This document shows, one piece after another, positions 1 through 8,594 of a DNA stretch of 64,000 nt. A program made the translations under genes and the position numbers. Origin of the DNA: Myxococcales bacterium (lineage in GTDB: Bacteria > Myxococcota > Myxococcia > Myxococcales > UBA5297). Position 1 is the stretch's first letter, and each line of letters begins with the position of its first letter. Location: NCBI GenBank assembly GCA_050288705.1, contig JBNKEI010000169.1:1108-65107 (forward strand), in the 5' to 3' direction. The notes under the pieces were generated by a model. That model was not told the DNA's origin. It made no database searches and saw nothing but the letters and a program-made list of their open reading frames with translations.

Positions 1-2424
1 GTCATAGATAAGGTTATTGTTTTTATTGTCATTGTCATTGTCATTGTCATCGTTGTTGTCCGAGCTTTGGCTAACACCAAAAGAAATAGTCAATGACTTG
101 CCCGCCTGACCTTCTCCATTGGCTAAAGAGTAGGGCGTAGCGGTAAGCGTGAAATTACCTGTTTTTGGTTTCCATGAGTGGTAATCTCCCTGGTCGTCTC
201 CGGCGAGCGCATAAGGCGCAGTACTCTCCGTATGTGCAAGCAAGCCAGAAAACACTACGCTTCCAGGGTTACCTTCGACCTCTGCTCGAATATTGAGCAT
301 GCTTCCATCTTGGGAAAGGTTGATTTTACCACCATCGGTAAGGGCTCTTAAATCGGAATCAGTGAGTGCATCAATTAAAGTGAAACCCTTAACCGCCAAG
401 TCATTGCTAGGGTCTCCGACCCAGTCGCCAAAAAACGTCCGGTACTTTTCTGGGTTTCCATCATCCTTGCCAGTCATTGCAAAATAGGCGATGCCCGAGT
501 CGGAAATGTCCCCTATGTTTTTGTATTCTTCTTTTCCTTTTAATTTTGAGAAAAATACTGATGCGTTCCGCATCCGTTCATAAATCCACCTCAGGCGTGA
601 ATCGTCAGCATCGCGCATCCAGCGGTACTCATCGTATTCGCATCTCAAACGCGGCTTGCTCTTCTGATCATCATCTTTCTGATCACCATTCTGATCGCGA
701 ATTGACACCCATTGCACTCCCAGTTTTTCAACATCTTCCCGGGTATTCTGCATTTGATCGGTATCTGCGTGGACATCATTCCAATATTCGCTATGCGATA
801 TAATTTTCACATACCGTCGTTTGGCGCGATCAGAAGCATCGATACCCCTCCAGATTACCTCCATTGGTCCCATAGCAAAAATGCAAAGCGGATTATCCGG
901 CGAGGAGGCATTGATTGCCTCGGACAGGTTATTAATCGAGCTATTCAGTTGGGTTTGGTCGTTAAAGAATCGCGATTTATCAAAACCAAAGCGCGAGGCT
1001 GCGCCCATGGTGCTTTTGCGCATTTCTTCAGCCATTAAAGAATCGTTATCCCCAAGATGATTATTAAAATCGTAATGTACTAGTTTATGCTGCCATTCCC
1101 GTTTGGCTAGCAAGGCAAGAGTTGCGGGAGTAGCCCCCCAATCATCGCTGTCGTGTTGATTGCCGTCAGCGCTAATGGCAATACGAGCGTTAGAACAGTC
1201 TTGGCTGGGCGACTGGCTAAGCGCATTTCCAACATTTCTTAAGAAATTCGAATAGACGTCATCGCCGATTCTGAACCCCCCTTTGTACTCATCTTGGCCT
1301 AATCGTACAATCACCATATTCCAGTCGGGAATAACAAAAAGTTTGTTGTTATTATAGCCGCTGGCAGCGTAGGTTGAGGCTGGAGCCCCAGGCCATTTAC
1401 GTTTTCCGTCATTTGTCCACCAGTTAAATCCATAGGTTCCACGACCATCGAGTTTGGATTGGGGGATAGCTAGATTGATCGAGGAGGACACCTGGTTTTT
1501 AGTCGCGTCATCTACCCACTTTGAATTTACTAACTGCTTCCCATTCCATGCTCCCCGATTGAGAAAAAGAAGGCCAAATTTTGCTAACTGCCGGGCGGTA
1601 ATTTCCAGAGATTGGCTTCCATTCCCTGCTCCGTCACTGACTTCCAATCCATGGATTGTTTTCCGCCCTCCCCATTTCCAGCCTTTCATGCCGATGGGAT
1701 CAGCGATGCGACGCTTAAAAACTTGGCTTATAGGCTCATTGGCCGCTTTAGTTAAAGCATGGGCAAGTTGATTCATTGCTGAATCCCAGTAAGCAAATTT
1801 TGTTCCCGGCGGACTAAAGAGCGGGCTAGAGGGATTAAATGGGGTTTGGCTCTGTCCATGGTCGTCTTTTTTATCTCCTTCCGCGAAATAACCCGAAGTC
1901 ATAGTGGTAAAATGTTTAAAAGTCGCATTTGAGTAATTCTTTTCGAGTTCAGGAAGATACCTCTGCAATGGCGTATCTAATTTTATCTTTCCATCATCGA
2001 TTAATAGGCCAAGAACCGTGCTGGTGAAATTTTTGGTGCATGACCAAACACCATGTTTGTTGTCGACATTCTTGCCTTTCCAGATTAAATAACCGTTACG
2101 AACAATAACTAGCTCCTGCACACCATTGAAAGGTGCTTTTTTTTCAAAATCACCGATGGCCTGCTCAAGCTTCTTAGAATCTACCCCCTGAGCTTCCGGC
2201 GTGGAACTAGCCCATTCATTTTTCGGAAAAACCATCAATCCTTTTGCCGATGATGACGTCCTCCCCGAGCTGGCGCCAAAAAGAACATCGAGTTCAGGAC
2301 CAGCGGCTTGCCAGTCATTAATGTTTTGGTCATCATCTTCAAATTCCATGTTTTCTGAACCGCAAGCACCAAGAATTACCAGCGGTACTAAGGTTATAAA
2401 ACCTATTACTTTTAATTTTTTCAT
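1..2424 (-). CDS. Multidomain lipoprotein (3' end outside window): class C beta-lactamase-like serine hydrolase, uncharacterised D-x-D-D domain and Ig-like domain
   Basis: Missing from the ORF track because it has no stop in the window. Translated by hand from ATG 2424: MKKLKVIGFITLVPLVILGAC (lipobox), SxxK motif WSCTKNF, then RIAISADGNQHDSDDWGATP, then LNIRAEV...APYALAGD...FTLTATPY and a DN linker. Frame checked at several points. Confidence 0.75.
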   Translation of the reverse strand, partial: MKKLKVIGFITLVPLVILGACGSENMEFEDDDQNINDWQAAGPELDVLFGASSGRTSSSAKGLMVFPKNEWASSTPEAQGVDSKKLEQAIGDFEKKAPFNGVQELVIVRNGYLIWKGKNVDNKHGVWSCTKNFTSTVLGLLIDDGKIKLDTPLQRYLPELEKNYSNATFKHFTTMTSGYFAEGDKKDDHGQSQTPFNPSSPLFSPPGTKFAYWDSAMNQLAHALTKAANEPISQVFKRRIADPIGMKGWKWGGRKTIHGLEVSDGAGNGSQSLEITARQLAKFGLLFLNRGAWNGKQLVNSKWVDDATKNQVSSSINLAIPQSKLDGRGTYGFNWWTNDGKRKWPGAPASTYAASGYNNNKLFVIPDWNMVIVRLGQDEYKGGFRIGDDVYSNFLRNVGNALSQSPSQDCSNARIAISADGNQHDSDDWGATPATLALLAKREWQHKLVHYDFNNHLGDNDSLMAEEMRKSTMGAASRFGFDKSRFFNDQTQLNSSINNLSEAINASSPDNPLCIFAMGPMEVIWRGIDASDRAKRRYVKIISHSEYWNDVHADTDQMQNTREDVEKLGVQWVSIRDQNGDQKDDDQKSKPRLRCEYDEYRWMRDADDSRLRWIYERMRNASVFFSKLKGKEEYKNIGDISDSGIAYFAMTGKDDGNPEKYRTFFGDWVGDPSNDLAVKGFTLIDALTDSDLRALTDGGKINLSQDGSMLNIRAEVEGNPGSVVFSGLLAHTESTAPYALAGDDQGDYHSWKPKTGNFTLTATPYSLANGEGQAGKSLTISFGVSQSSDNNDDNDNDNDNKNNNLIYD

Positions 2425-2928
2425 TGTTTTCCCTTCTCATTTCAAGAAAAGCAAAGTTTATGCCTAACTATCAATCTTTCACTATTCGTTAGAATCTTCA
2501 CCAATGTGTAACGTGTCATTTTTGGTCCTCTGACATTCGCAATTAGCTTCATACGTCGGATTGGCTTTGCGCTGCACACGCTATATACTGACGTTCGACT
2601 AAAATTGTTAAACAGGTTTGGGGACATGTTGATATTTTAACAATAGATATTTTTGGTCTTTATTTTTAACAAAAATTCTGGCAGTAAAAACTTGTGATTA
2701 GCAGTTTCGGGGCAGATTCTTAACTGCGGCTCACTGACATGTTAAAAAATTTGACACTGATTTCCGCAAAGGCTAACCGTCACAAGGAACTAACAAAAAA
2801 GGAAACGGTTTGAGTCTCTTCACTACTTTGTAGAATTTGTCGCTGAGTAGGGCTTCTGATCGCGATTCCTATGGAGGGGCCTGTGCAGAAATGAAAAACT
2901 AGCTACTATCGCGCGAACGATAATTGCA

Positions 2929-3066
2929 CACAGTAACCAGTGGACCATCACGACGGAACGAGCGCCCATGGAGCGCTCGCGCAACCAGTTCTTTTCCAGT
3001 ACCGGTTTCGCCATGAATTGCTACTGCCGCCTCGGAAGCAGCAACGTAAGCGGTGCACCTGCGGAG
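2929..3066 (-). pseudogene. Fragment of a sigma-54-dependent activator (NtrC-family AAA+ domain N-terminus)
   Basis: Minus strand reads [46 protein letters not shown], the typical bEBP Walker A region. Similarity stops before the NCAA/GAFTGA region and a stop follows about 10 codons later. Confidence 0.8.
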
Positions 3067-3113
3067 ACAGACAGACAGACTACTCTAATTTTGCTAGACA
3101 AAAGAACAGTGGT

Positions 3114-3683
3114 TCATTTTTCTTTTGCAGACAAAGGAATGGCTCTGTCTACGATAAGATTGCCAAAACGCACAGGGGGAATTGATTCGCCGGTTGATTC
3201 CTGGGCAATTTTTTTCACTGAAATATCGGGAAAGACAGCTGGAAAATCAGCCCAGGTTTTAAACGAGCTGTCACGACTAGAAGAAGTTAGAGTAAATCGC
3301 ACTGGTTTATCAGTTTGTTTATCGGAGTACGCTACTCGAAAAAACCGAATATAGGTATATGGATATGGACTAGGTGCAAATGTTTCTTCAAGATTTCCCT
3401 CCTTTAACCCTGAATTAGAAGGCAATTCTACACGAAGGACAGGCGCTGCCGGAACTTTTGCCTTTATGGATATTTTAACGCGAAACCAACATGATTCATT
3501 CTCTATTCCTGAGTCCTCTATAGTTACTTCCATTGGATTCCAGGATAGCGTACGAGAAGAAAGTTGGTTATTTTTCAGGGCTTCGGCAAAAACGTTTGTG
3601 GTACTTTTCTCTTCGTTTGCAAAAGCAAGCAATGGGACAGAAAGAAATGCTGTATAGATTATTACTTTTGACGTTCTAAACAT
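3114..3683 (-). CDS. Secreted hypothetical protein, likely partner of the upstream metalloprotease
   Basis: ORF track 3114..3737. More likely start is ATG 3683 (MFRTSKVIIYTAFLSVPLLAFA, signal peptide) with a GGAG RBS. Confidence 0.6.
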   Translation of the reverse strand: MFRTSKVIIYTAFLSVPLLAFANEEKSTTNVFAEALKNNQLSSRTLSWNPMEVTIEDSGIENESCWFRVKISIKAKVPAAPVLRVELPSNSGLKEGNLEETFAPSPYPYTYIRFFRVAYSDKQTDKPVRFTLTSSSRDSSFKTWADFPAVFPDISVKKIAQESTGESIPPVRFGNLIVDRAIPLSAKEK

Positions 3684-3727
3684 TTTGACTCCTTCCAAGA
3701 AACGACGTTTAGGCAAATTATCTACCA

Positions 3728-5056
3728 TTAGTGGCAAATTGAATTTCCAGAATCGTAGGGAAATCCAAAATATTGTAATGTATTATCGACATTAGTGCTT
3801 TCCTGTGGCGAAGCACAAACTAATGCATCAACAAAATCGACAAGGTCAGCACCTAAGGCACCGCGATCTTGTCTTTTAAATCTCGACGAGGAAATAGCGG
3901 AAAAAACCGCTTCGGTCCCCAATGCAGCTCCATCGTCTTCCCCTACTTCTGCCACATCCTTGCCATCCCAGAGATTATATAGTGCTGAGGCTACGAAACT
4001 CTCATCGATATCCTGTTCAATTCCGCCATCTAATGTAGGTAGAGCAATAGCCGATTCAGGGCTAATTTCATTATAATTGAGCCAAAAAAAACTATTTTGT
4101 TGAATATTCCAAAAATAAGGAAATGGCTGCTTGCTCCATCTTCCCATGGCACTAGTTGCAAAAAAACTAGCCCATCCTTCACTAAAGGCGAATGCAGGCT
4201 CTATCTTTTCTCCCAACAAATGTTTTCCTCCTAAACTATCATCGCGTGAATAGTTCTGCATTACATAATGACCAAGCTCATGAAGAAGGACTGGTGCTCC
4301 CCAGGCAGAAGAGCCAGATCGACTACCTCCCAGAAAAACAAATTGCTGAAACTGTACAGATGAGTTATTAACCAATAGTGTAATATTTTGGTTAGGCGGT
4401 ACATAACACGAAACACATTCCACATCCTCCTTCCAATCCTTGCCAGGCGCCCATATATATGCTATTGGTTTTAAATTTTCTAAGCGATCTTCAAGCATAT
4501 ACTTTACTACGTCTTGTAAAGCACGTGTAGCCATAGAAAATATAAAGACAGCACCTGAACCATCATCCTCTTTAATTATTGCTCGTCCTACTTTGCCTGA
4601 GCTAGGCACAGGCACAGACCACACCCATAAGTCGGCAAATACGTTAATATCTTCTTGTTTTTCTTGAAAAGAAACCGTACCTGCATTCAATACTGTAAAA
4701 ACAACCTCGTTTGTCGAGGACAATAAAGCTGGCACAAAAAGAACTTTATCGCCTTTTTTGACAGGCCTCGTAATATTAAAATCAAAAGCACCGTTTTCGT
4801 CTAACGATGATGAAGCTAAGACATTGCCATTTTTGTCTACTAATAAGGATAATAACCCCCCGGCCTTTTCCCGAAATAATTCGGTCCCTAGGACAATCTC
4901 ATCATTTTCTTTGGCTAGCCGTCGATATTGAAACTCCACTTTTCCAAATACTCTGCCATTATAGTCTTCACTAGATCTTTTATGATCATTGTCTCCTCCG
5001 CAACTAGTTGCCATCACAACCAATAACAAAAAAAGAGATGTTTTTAAGTACATCAT
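3728..5056 (-). CDS. Lipoprotein with zinc metallopeptidase (HExxH) motif
   Basis: Lipobox MATSC; LLHELGHYV followed by AFSEGWASFF (candidate third zinc ligand Glu). Confidence 0.7.
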   Translation of the reverse strand: MMYLKTSLFLLLVVMATSCGGDNDHKRSSEDYNGRVFGKVEFQYRRLAKENDEIVLGTELFREKAGGLLSLLVDKNGNVLASSSLDENGAFDFNITRPVKKGDKVLFVPALLSSTNEVVFTVLNAGTVSFQEKQEDINVFADLWVWSVPVPSSGKVGRAIIKEDDGSGAVFIFSMATRALQDVVKYMLEDRLENLKPIAYIWAPGKDWKEDVECVSCYVPPNQNITLLVNNSSVQFQQFVFLGGSRSGSSAWGAPVLLHELGHYVMQNYSRDDSLGGKHLLGEKIEPAFAFSEGWASFFATSAMGRWSKQPFPYFWNIQQNSFFWLNYNEISPESAIALPTLDGGIEQDIDESFVASALYNLWDGKDVAEVGEDDGAALGTEAVFSAISSSRFKRQDRGALGADLVDFVDALVCASPQESTNVDNTLQYFGFPYDSGNSICH

Positions 5057-5295
5057 AAATGAGCGCTTTCTTTTTCAATTAAGTTGTTTAGTCGATCCGA
5101 ATTATTCCCCTTGAGACGCTTATCATCCGCTTCCTTGTAGACAGATGGAGCACAATCGGTGCCAACCCGTAATTTTGACGGCGACTTTTCGATAAGCCTG
5201 CATGAAACGACGCTACTGCCCGCGAGCGTACTTTGTCTGGCGGGAAGCGGTTGCAATTTCATCAAGCCGACAACGGTTATCGTATGGGTTTGACT

Positions 5296-5327
5296 AGTCC
5301 AGTTTCTAAACCATTGGTCCGCAAATT
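5296..5327 (+). promoter_or_regulatory. Putative activator-binding (UAS) box, divergent copy
   Basis: AGTCCAGTTTCTAAACCATTGGTCCGCAAATT resembles the reverse complement of the boxes at 7345 and 8393. Same orientation and about 78 bp spacing relative to a sigma-54 promoter. Confidence 0.55.
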
Positions 5328-5404
5328 TTACTAATAGGCCACTACAGAGTCACTTTTTCGAGCAAACCCGCATTCAGCGATGGACAAACGACTCAATAAC
5401 TAGC

Positions 5405-5420
5405 TGGCACCGGGCATGCA
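5405..5420 (+). promoter_or_regulatory. Sigma-54 -24/-12 promoter
   Basis: TGGCACCGGGCATGCA (GG-N10-GC) upstream of 5538. Confidence 0.7.
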
Positions 5421-5537
5421 TATATACACTCATCATAAAAACAGACAGGTGGCATAAGTGGAATAATTTTATTCTATTTATGGTCACGATTTGGTTAACA
5501 AACGTAATTCAGCAATGATTAAACAAAGGAGAAAGCC

Positions 5538-5804
5538 ATGACCGGGTCACTCAAACGCCCCATTAATATCAATGGATTTGGCGAAAACGATCAAATTAGT
5601 GTTACATCAAAAAAACATGGGAGCGTTCGAATTGTTGTTACCGGTGAGTTTGGAAAAAAGAAGATTTACAACTTGACTGCCCAAGAAGCTGAGCGAGCTG
5701 TTATCAATGGAGGCAGAGGAAATAACGTCATCTGCATCGGAAGTGGTATAAATTGGGACCAGAAAATAAATGTTACATTCGGATACAACATGTTGACGAT
5801 TTAA
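5538..5804 (+). CDS. Small hypothetical protein with a degenerate RTX-like GGxGN motif
   Basis: AAGGAG RBS, own sigma-54 promoter and downstream terminator; INGGRGNNVI motif. Confidence 0.65.
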   Translation: MTGSLKRPININGFGENDQISVTSKKHGSVRIVVTGEFGKKKIYNLTAQEAERAVINGGRGNNVICIGSGINWDQKINVTFGYNMLTI

Positions 5805-5825
5805 AACTAATGGAGCATTTAATTA

Positions 5826-5859
5826 GCCGCATCCAGGATGCGGCCCTATTTCTTTCTTT
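5826..5859 (+). terminator. Intrinsic terminator
   Basis: GCCGCATCC-A-GGATGCGGC stem followed by a T-rich tract. Confidence 0.65.
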
Positions 5860-6098
5860 ATAAAGCGATCTACAACTATTGTGCTACGACTTAAGATTCC
5901 CATTGAGAAAGCGGACCAACGGGATTTTGGGCCATGAATAGTCTATTCTAAATCATTGGTTTACAATTTTTAACAATTTGTTTGATAAGCGAGTTAGTTT
6001 TTCGTATCAGCCAATTCCTGGCAAACGAATAGAGCATTAATAAAATGAACGGATAAGGAATGAGATCTCTGAAACAAAATCTTAATACCAAATCTTGG

Positions 6099-6130
6099 AA
6101 AAAATTCTTGGGCTGAAATATTCAGCCCAA
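6099..6130 (-). terminator. Intrinsic terminator for the MIIA-domain gene
   Basis: TTGGGCTGAA-ATA-TTCAGCCCAA perfect stem, with a T tract on the minus strand. Confidence 0.6.
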
Positions 6131-6188
6131 ATTTCTCGAGAATTTAAGCTACTATTTCTCGGTGATTCTTAAGGAGACGTCAACAGCA

Positions 6189-7202
6189 TCATCTAGGAAT
6201 CGAGTGTAACTTTTTATCAAGTTCACCGAATTTAAGCATGAGGTGATAGAGACTTTCGGTCCAGCGAATGCTATCCTCCTGTCGATAATGTGTTTTGTCA
6301 TCTATTGGCTTTAGATCTTGTCCCACTACTAGCTTGGAACCGCGGTCCTTGCTTCCAACTATTTCTTTGCCACCAAGAATCCAATCATCGCCGTCTCCAG
6401 CCATTTGGAATACGTCGTTGCCGCCAAAGCCGCGGTTTTCTGCGCGATACTCTCTGCCGTCATGTTTTATATCGCTCGATTTTCCTGGGCCTTTGTCAAT
6501 ATCAGAAATAGTCGCGTGATCATTGCCACAAGTTATGTCGAGCTGCTTGGTTGTGGTCCAGCCATTTTTGTTGGCAGCCGTTGTTCTCACATCGATTCGC
6601 GTACCATCCGGCAATTTGAATACTGAATCTCTCTTGAAATCCCATGTACCTCCATCGCCCTCGGCCACATGGGGATCACCAGAGACGTTCGTGGTTTTCC
6701 CCTCGGGTGATACAATTGTCCAACCTTGATTGTTTTTTTTCGAAGGAATGATTTTGTATCCACCAGGAGTAGTGTACGAGCCATTGTCATTTTTGGTTAA
6801 TTTTGGTCTATGACTGTGATGATGATGATGATGATGCCCTCCTTCTATATCATCCACAGCACCTTCAACCTCAAAAGCATCTAGTGCGTCTTTCTGATCT
6901 AGATGGAAAAAATCTGGACCCTTTTCCGAATTTTCCACCAGATTAAAATAGGCTGGATTGTCAAGAAAAAACTTGCATGCATTTTTTAAAGCCAATGGCG
7001 CCCCAGGGTTATTGTAAGCAATATCGTGCAAATCGTTTTTGTCAATTTGTGCGCAGCTGCCTTTTGCTCCTGCAATCAATTTGAAATTGTTTTTTAATAT
7101 ACGAATAGCCTTTTTATAATCCATTTTTCCCCAAGGCAAAGATCCAGAATAAGGGAAAGCCCCAGAAGGGGAATGTCCTGGAGGCATAGGTAAAATTGAC
7201 AT
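6189..7202 (-). CDS. DUF1521 / MIIA (metal-inducible autocleavage, GDPH) domain protein; putative T3SS substrate
   Basis: Start ATG 7202 with TAGGAG RBS. Ser/Pro-rich N-terminus, His-run linker, then NVSGDPHVAEGDGGTWDFKRDSVFKLPDGTRIDVRT...QLDIT, matching the DUF1521 pattern. N-terminal domain is paralogous to 7647..8255. Confidence 0.75.
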   Translation of the reverse strand: MSILPMPPGHSPSGAFPYSGSLPWGKMDYKKAIRILKNNFKLIAGAKGSCAQIDKNDLHDIAYNNPGAPLALKNACKFFLDNPAYFNLVENSEKGPDFFHLDQKDALDAFEVEGAVDDIEGGHHHHHHHSHRPKLTKNDNGSYTTPGGYKIIPSKKNNQGWTIVSPEGKTTNVSGDPHVAEGDGGTWDFKRDSVFKLPDGTRIDVRTTAANKNGWTTTKQLDITCGNDHATISDIDKGPGKSSDIKHDGREYRAENRGFGGNDVFQMAGDGDDWILGGKEIVGSKDRGSKLVVGQDLKPIDDKTHYRQEDSIRWTESLYHLMLKFGELDKKLHSIPR

Positions 7203-7249
7203 GATATTTCTCCTAATTTGGTTATGGGTTAATTCTCGACAAGACATAT

Positions 7250-7265
7250 TGCCAACATCATGCCA
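7250..7265 (-). promoter_or_regulatory. Sigma-54 -24/-12 promoter
   Basis: Minus strand TGGCATGATGTTGGCA (GG-N10-GC). Confidence 0.65.
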
Positions 7266-7344
7266 ACATGCGCTTAGCCTATTTGTTGCCTACCGGAAAT
7301 GCGGATAGTGGTTATTTAAAACCAAAGAAGAAACAAGTATTAGG

Positions 7345-7381
7345 GTTAATTTGCTGGACCAACAGTTCAGATTTCGAACTC
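7345..7381. promoter_or_regulatory. Conserved 37-bp putative activator-binding box
   Basis: GTTAATTTGCTGGACCAACAGTTCAGATTTCGAACTC, 36/37 identical to 8393..8429; contains the dyad AGTTC-N7-GAACT. Confidence 0.65.
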
Positions 7382-7646
7382 CAGCATATCTCAAGAACGC
7401 TGGTAATAAAATTGTCGATTGGGCCACAATGCTCTGGGCAAGTACAGCAAAACTCTTTAAGGTTTTGGAAATTCTCGACAAAACGGGTGGTGTCGGGAAC
7501 ATTGTGAGCAGCGCGCTCTCCCTCATCCGGTCGCGCAACTTTGTAAATAGGAAATGAAGTGACCCCATTATTTCGGGGCCACCGAAAGACAATTTTTATT
7601 CTCCTCTAAAAGCGTGTACTGCTCAACACATAACTCGCCATGTTGG

Positions 7647-8255
7647 TCAGAATCCAAATATTTTACCAACGTTTTTAAGACCGTCGGCTAATTTATTGCC
7701 GATATCCATAGCAGCATTCGTGGCGTTCTTAACCCCATCGGCTAATTTATTGCCGACATTCATAGCAGCATTCGTGGCGTTCTTAACTCCATCGGCTAAT
7801 TTATTGCCGACATTCGTGGCGGTCTTCGTGGCGGTCTTCGTGGCGGTCTTCGCAAGGGCGTACACAGAATCTAGTTTACAGTGACCATGATATCCTCCCC
7901 ACATATCTTTCATGGCACTATTAATCTCAAAAACATCTAATGCATTTTTTTTGTCAAGCCCAAAAGGCATGTTCGCGGAATTTTCTACCAGATTAAAATA
8001 GGCTGGATTATCAAGAAAAAACTTGCATGCTCTTTTTAGATCCGATGGCGCTCCAGGGTTATTGTAAGCAATATCGCGCAAATCATTTTTGCCAATTTGT
8101 CTGCAGCCGCCTTTGGCTCCAGCAATCAATTTGAAATTATTTTTTAGAACACTAAGAGCTTGTTGATAATCCATTTTTTCCCAAGGTAAAGGCTGAGGAA
8201 AACCAAAATTCTGAGGTATAGAAGGGAAATGGCGCCCCATAGGTAGTTGTGACAT
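7647..8255 (-). CDS. Putative T3SS-secreted protein; paralog of the 6189 gene N-terminus with C-terminal amphipathic repeats
   Basis: Shares MDY..A..LKNNFKLIAGAKG...DL.DIAYNNPGAP..LK.ACKFFLDNPAYFNLVENS with the 6189 gene. Tail of ATKT repeats and about three NVGNKLADGVKNATNAAM-type repeats. Confidence 0.7.
   Translation of the reverse strand: MSQLPMGRHFPSIPQNFGFPQPLPWEKMDYQQALSVLKNNFKLIAGAKGGCRQIGKNDLRDIAYNNPGAPSDLKRACKFFLDNPAYFNLVENSANMPFGLDKKNALDVFEINSAMKDMWGGYHGHCKLDSVYALAKTATKTATKTATNVGNKLADGVKNATNAAMNVGNKLADGVKNATNAAMDIGNKLADGLKNVGKIFGF
7684..7851. repeat. Intragenic tandem repeats (54-bp unit about x3; 12-bp unit x3)
   Basis: Repeated TCGGCTAATTTATTGCCGA...ATAGCAGCATTCGTGGCGTTCTTAAC units and TTCGTGGCGGTC x3. 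Confidence 0.85.
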
Positions 8256-8302
8256 GATATTTCTCCTATTTTGGTTATGAGTTAATTCTCAACAAGGCAT
8301 TT

Positions 8303-8318
8303 TGCTAATACCATGCCA
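8303..8318 (-). promoter_or_regulatory. Sigma-54 -24/-12 promoter
   Basis: Minus strand TGGCATGGTATTAGCA (GG-N10-GC). Confidence 0.7.
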
Positions 8319-8392
8319 ACGCGTATTCGCCCATTTGCTGCCTATTATAAATGCCGAATAGCCCATTTAGCATCAAAAAAGAACAGGAAAGA

Positions 8393-8429
8393 GTTAATTT
8401 GCTGGACCAACAGTTCAGAATTCGAACTC
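8393..8429. promoter_or_regulatory. Conserved 37-bp putative activator-binding box between divergent sigma-54 promoters
   Basis: GTTAATTTGCTGGACCAACAGTTCAGAATTCGAACTC lies about 75-78 bp from each of the two divergent promoters. Confidence 0.65.
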
Positions 8430-8506
8430 AGGCATTTGGCTGGGCCTAGTAATCAACGTTGTTTCACGAGAGAGATGCCGGCGCGATTCTTACACTTCAA
8501 TAATAT

Positions 8507-8522
8507 TGGCATCATTCTAGCA
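8507..8522 (+). promoter_or_regulatory. Sigma-54 -24/-12 promoter
   Basis: TGGCATCATTCTAGCA (GG-N10-GC) upstream of 8595. Confidence 0.7.
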
Positions 8523-8594
8523 TTGATAATTTAGCGAAGTACAAAACAAATAACGAAGACCTTTGGTCTTCTATACCACTAATAGGAGTACACT

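Noticed and set aside
25-60. TGTCAT hexamer repeats as a phase-variation tract
   Set aside because: In-frame Asp-Asn linker; unit changes would not shift the frame.
293-2467. Several plus-strand ORFs in the track
   Set aside because: They are antisense shadows of the long minus-strand lipoprotein gene 1..2424.
2690-2820. Possible riboswitch upstream of the first gene
   Set aside because: Some pairing potential, but I could not match c-di-GMP or other riboswitch consensus motifs.
2823-3014. 63-aa minus-strand ORF
   Set aside because: Wrong frame; the recognisable protein signal is the bEBP fragment in another frame.
7684-7851. Repeats resembling a CRISPR array
   Set aside because: Tandem coding repeats without unique spacers, and no cas genes.
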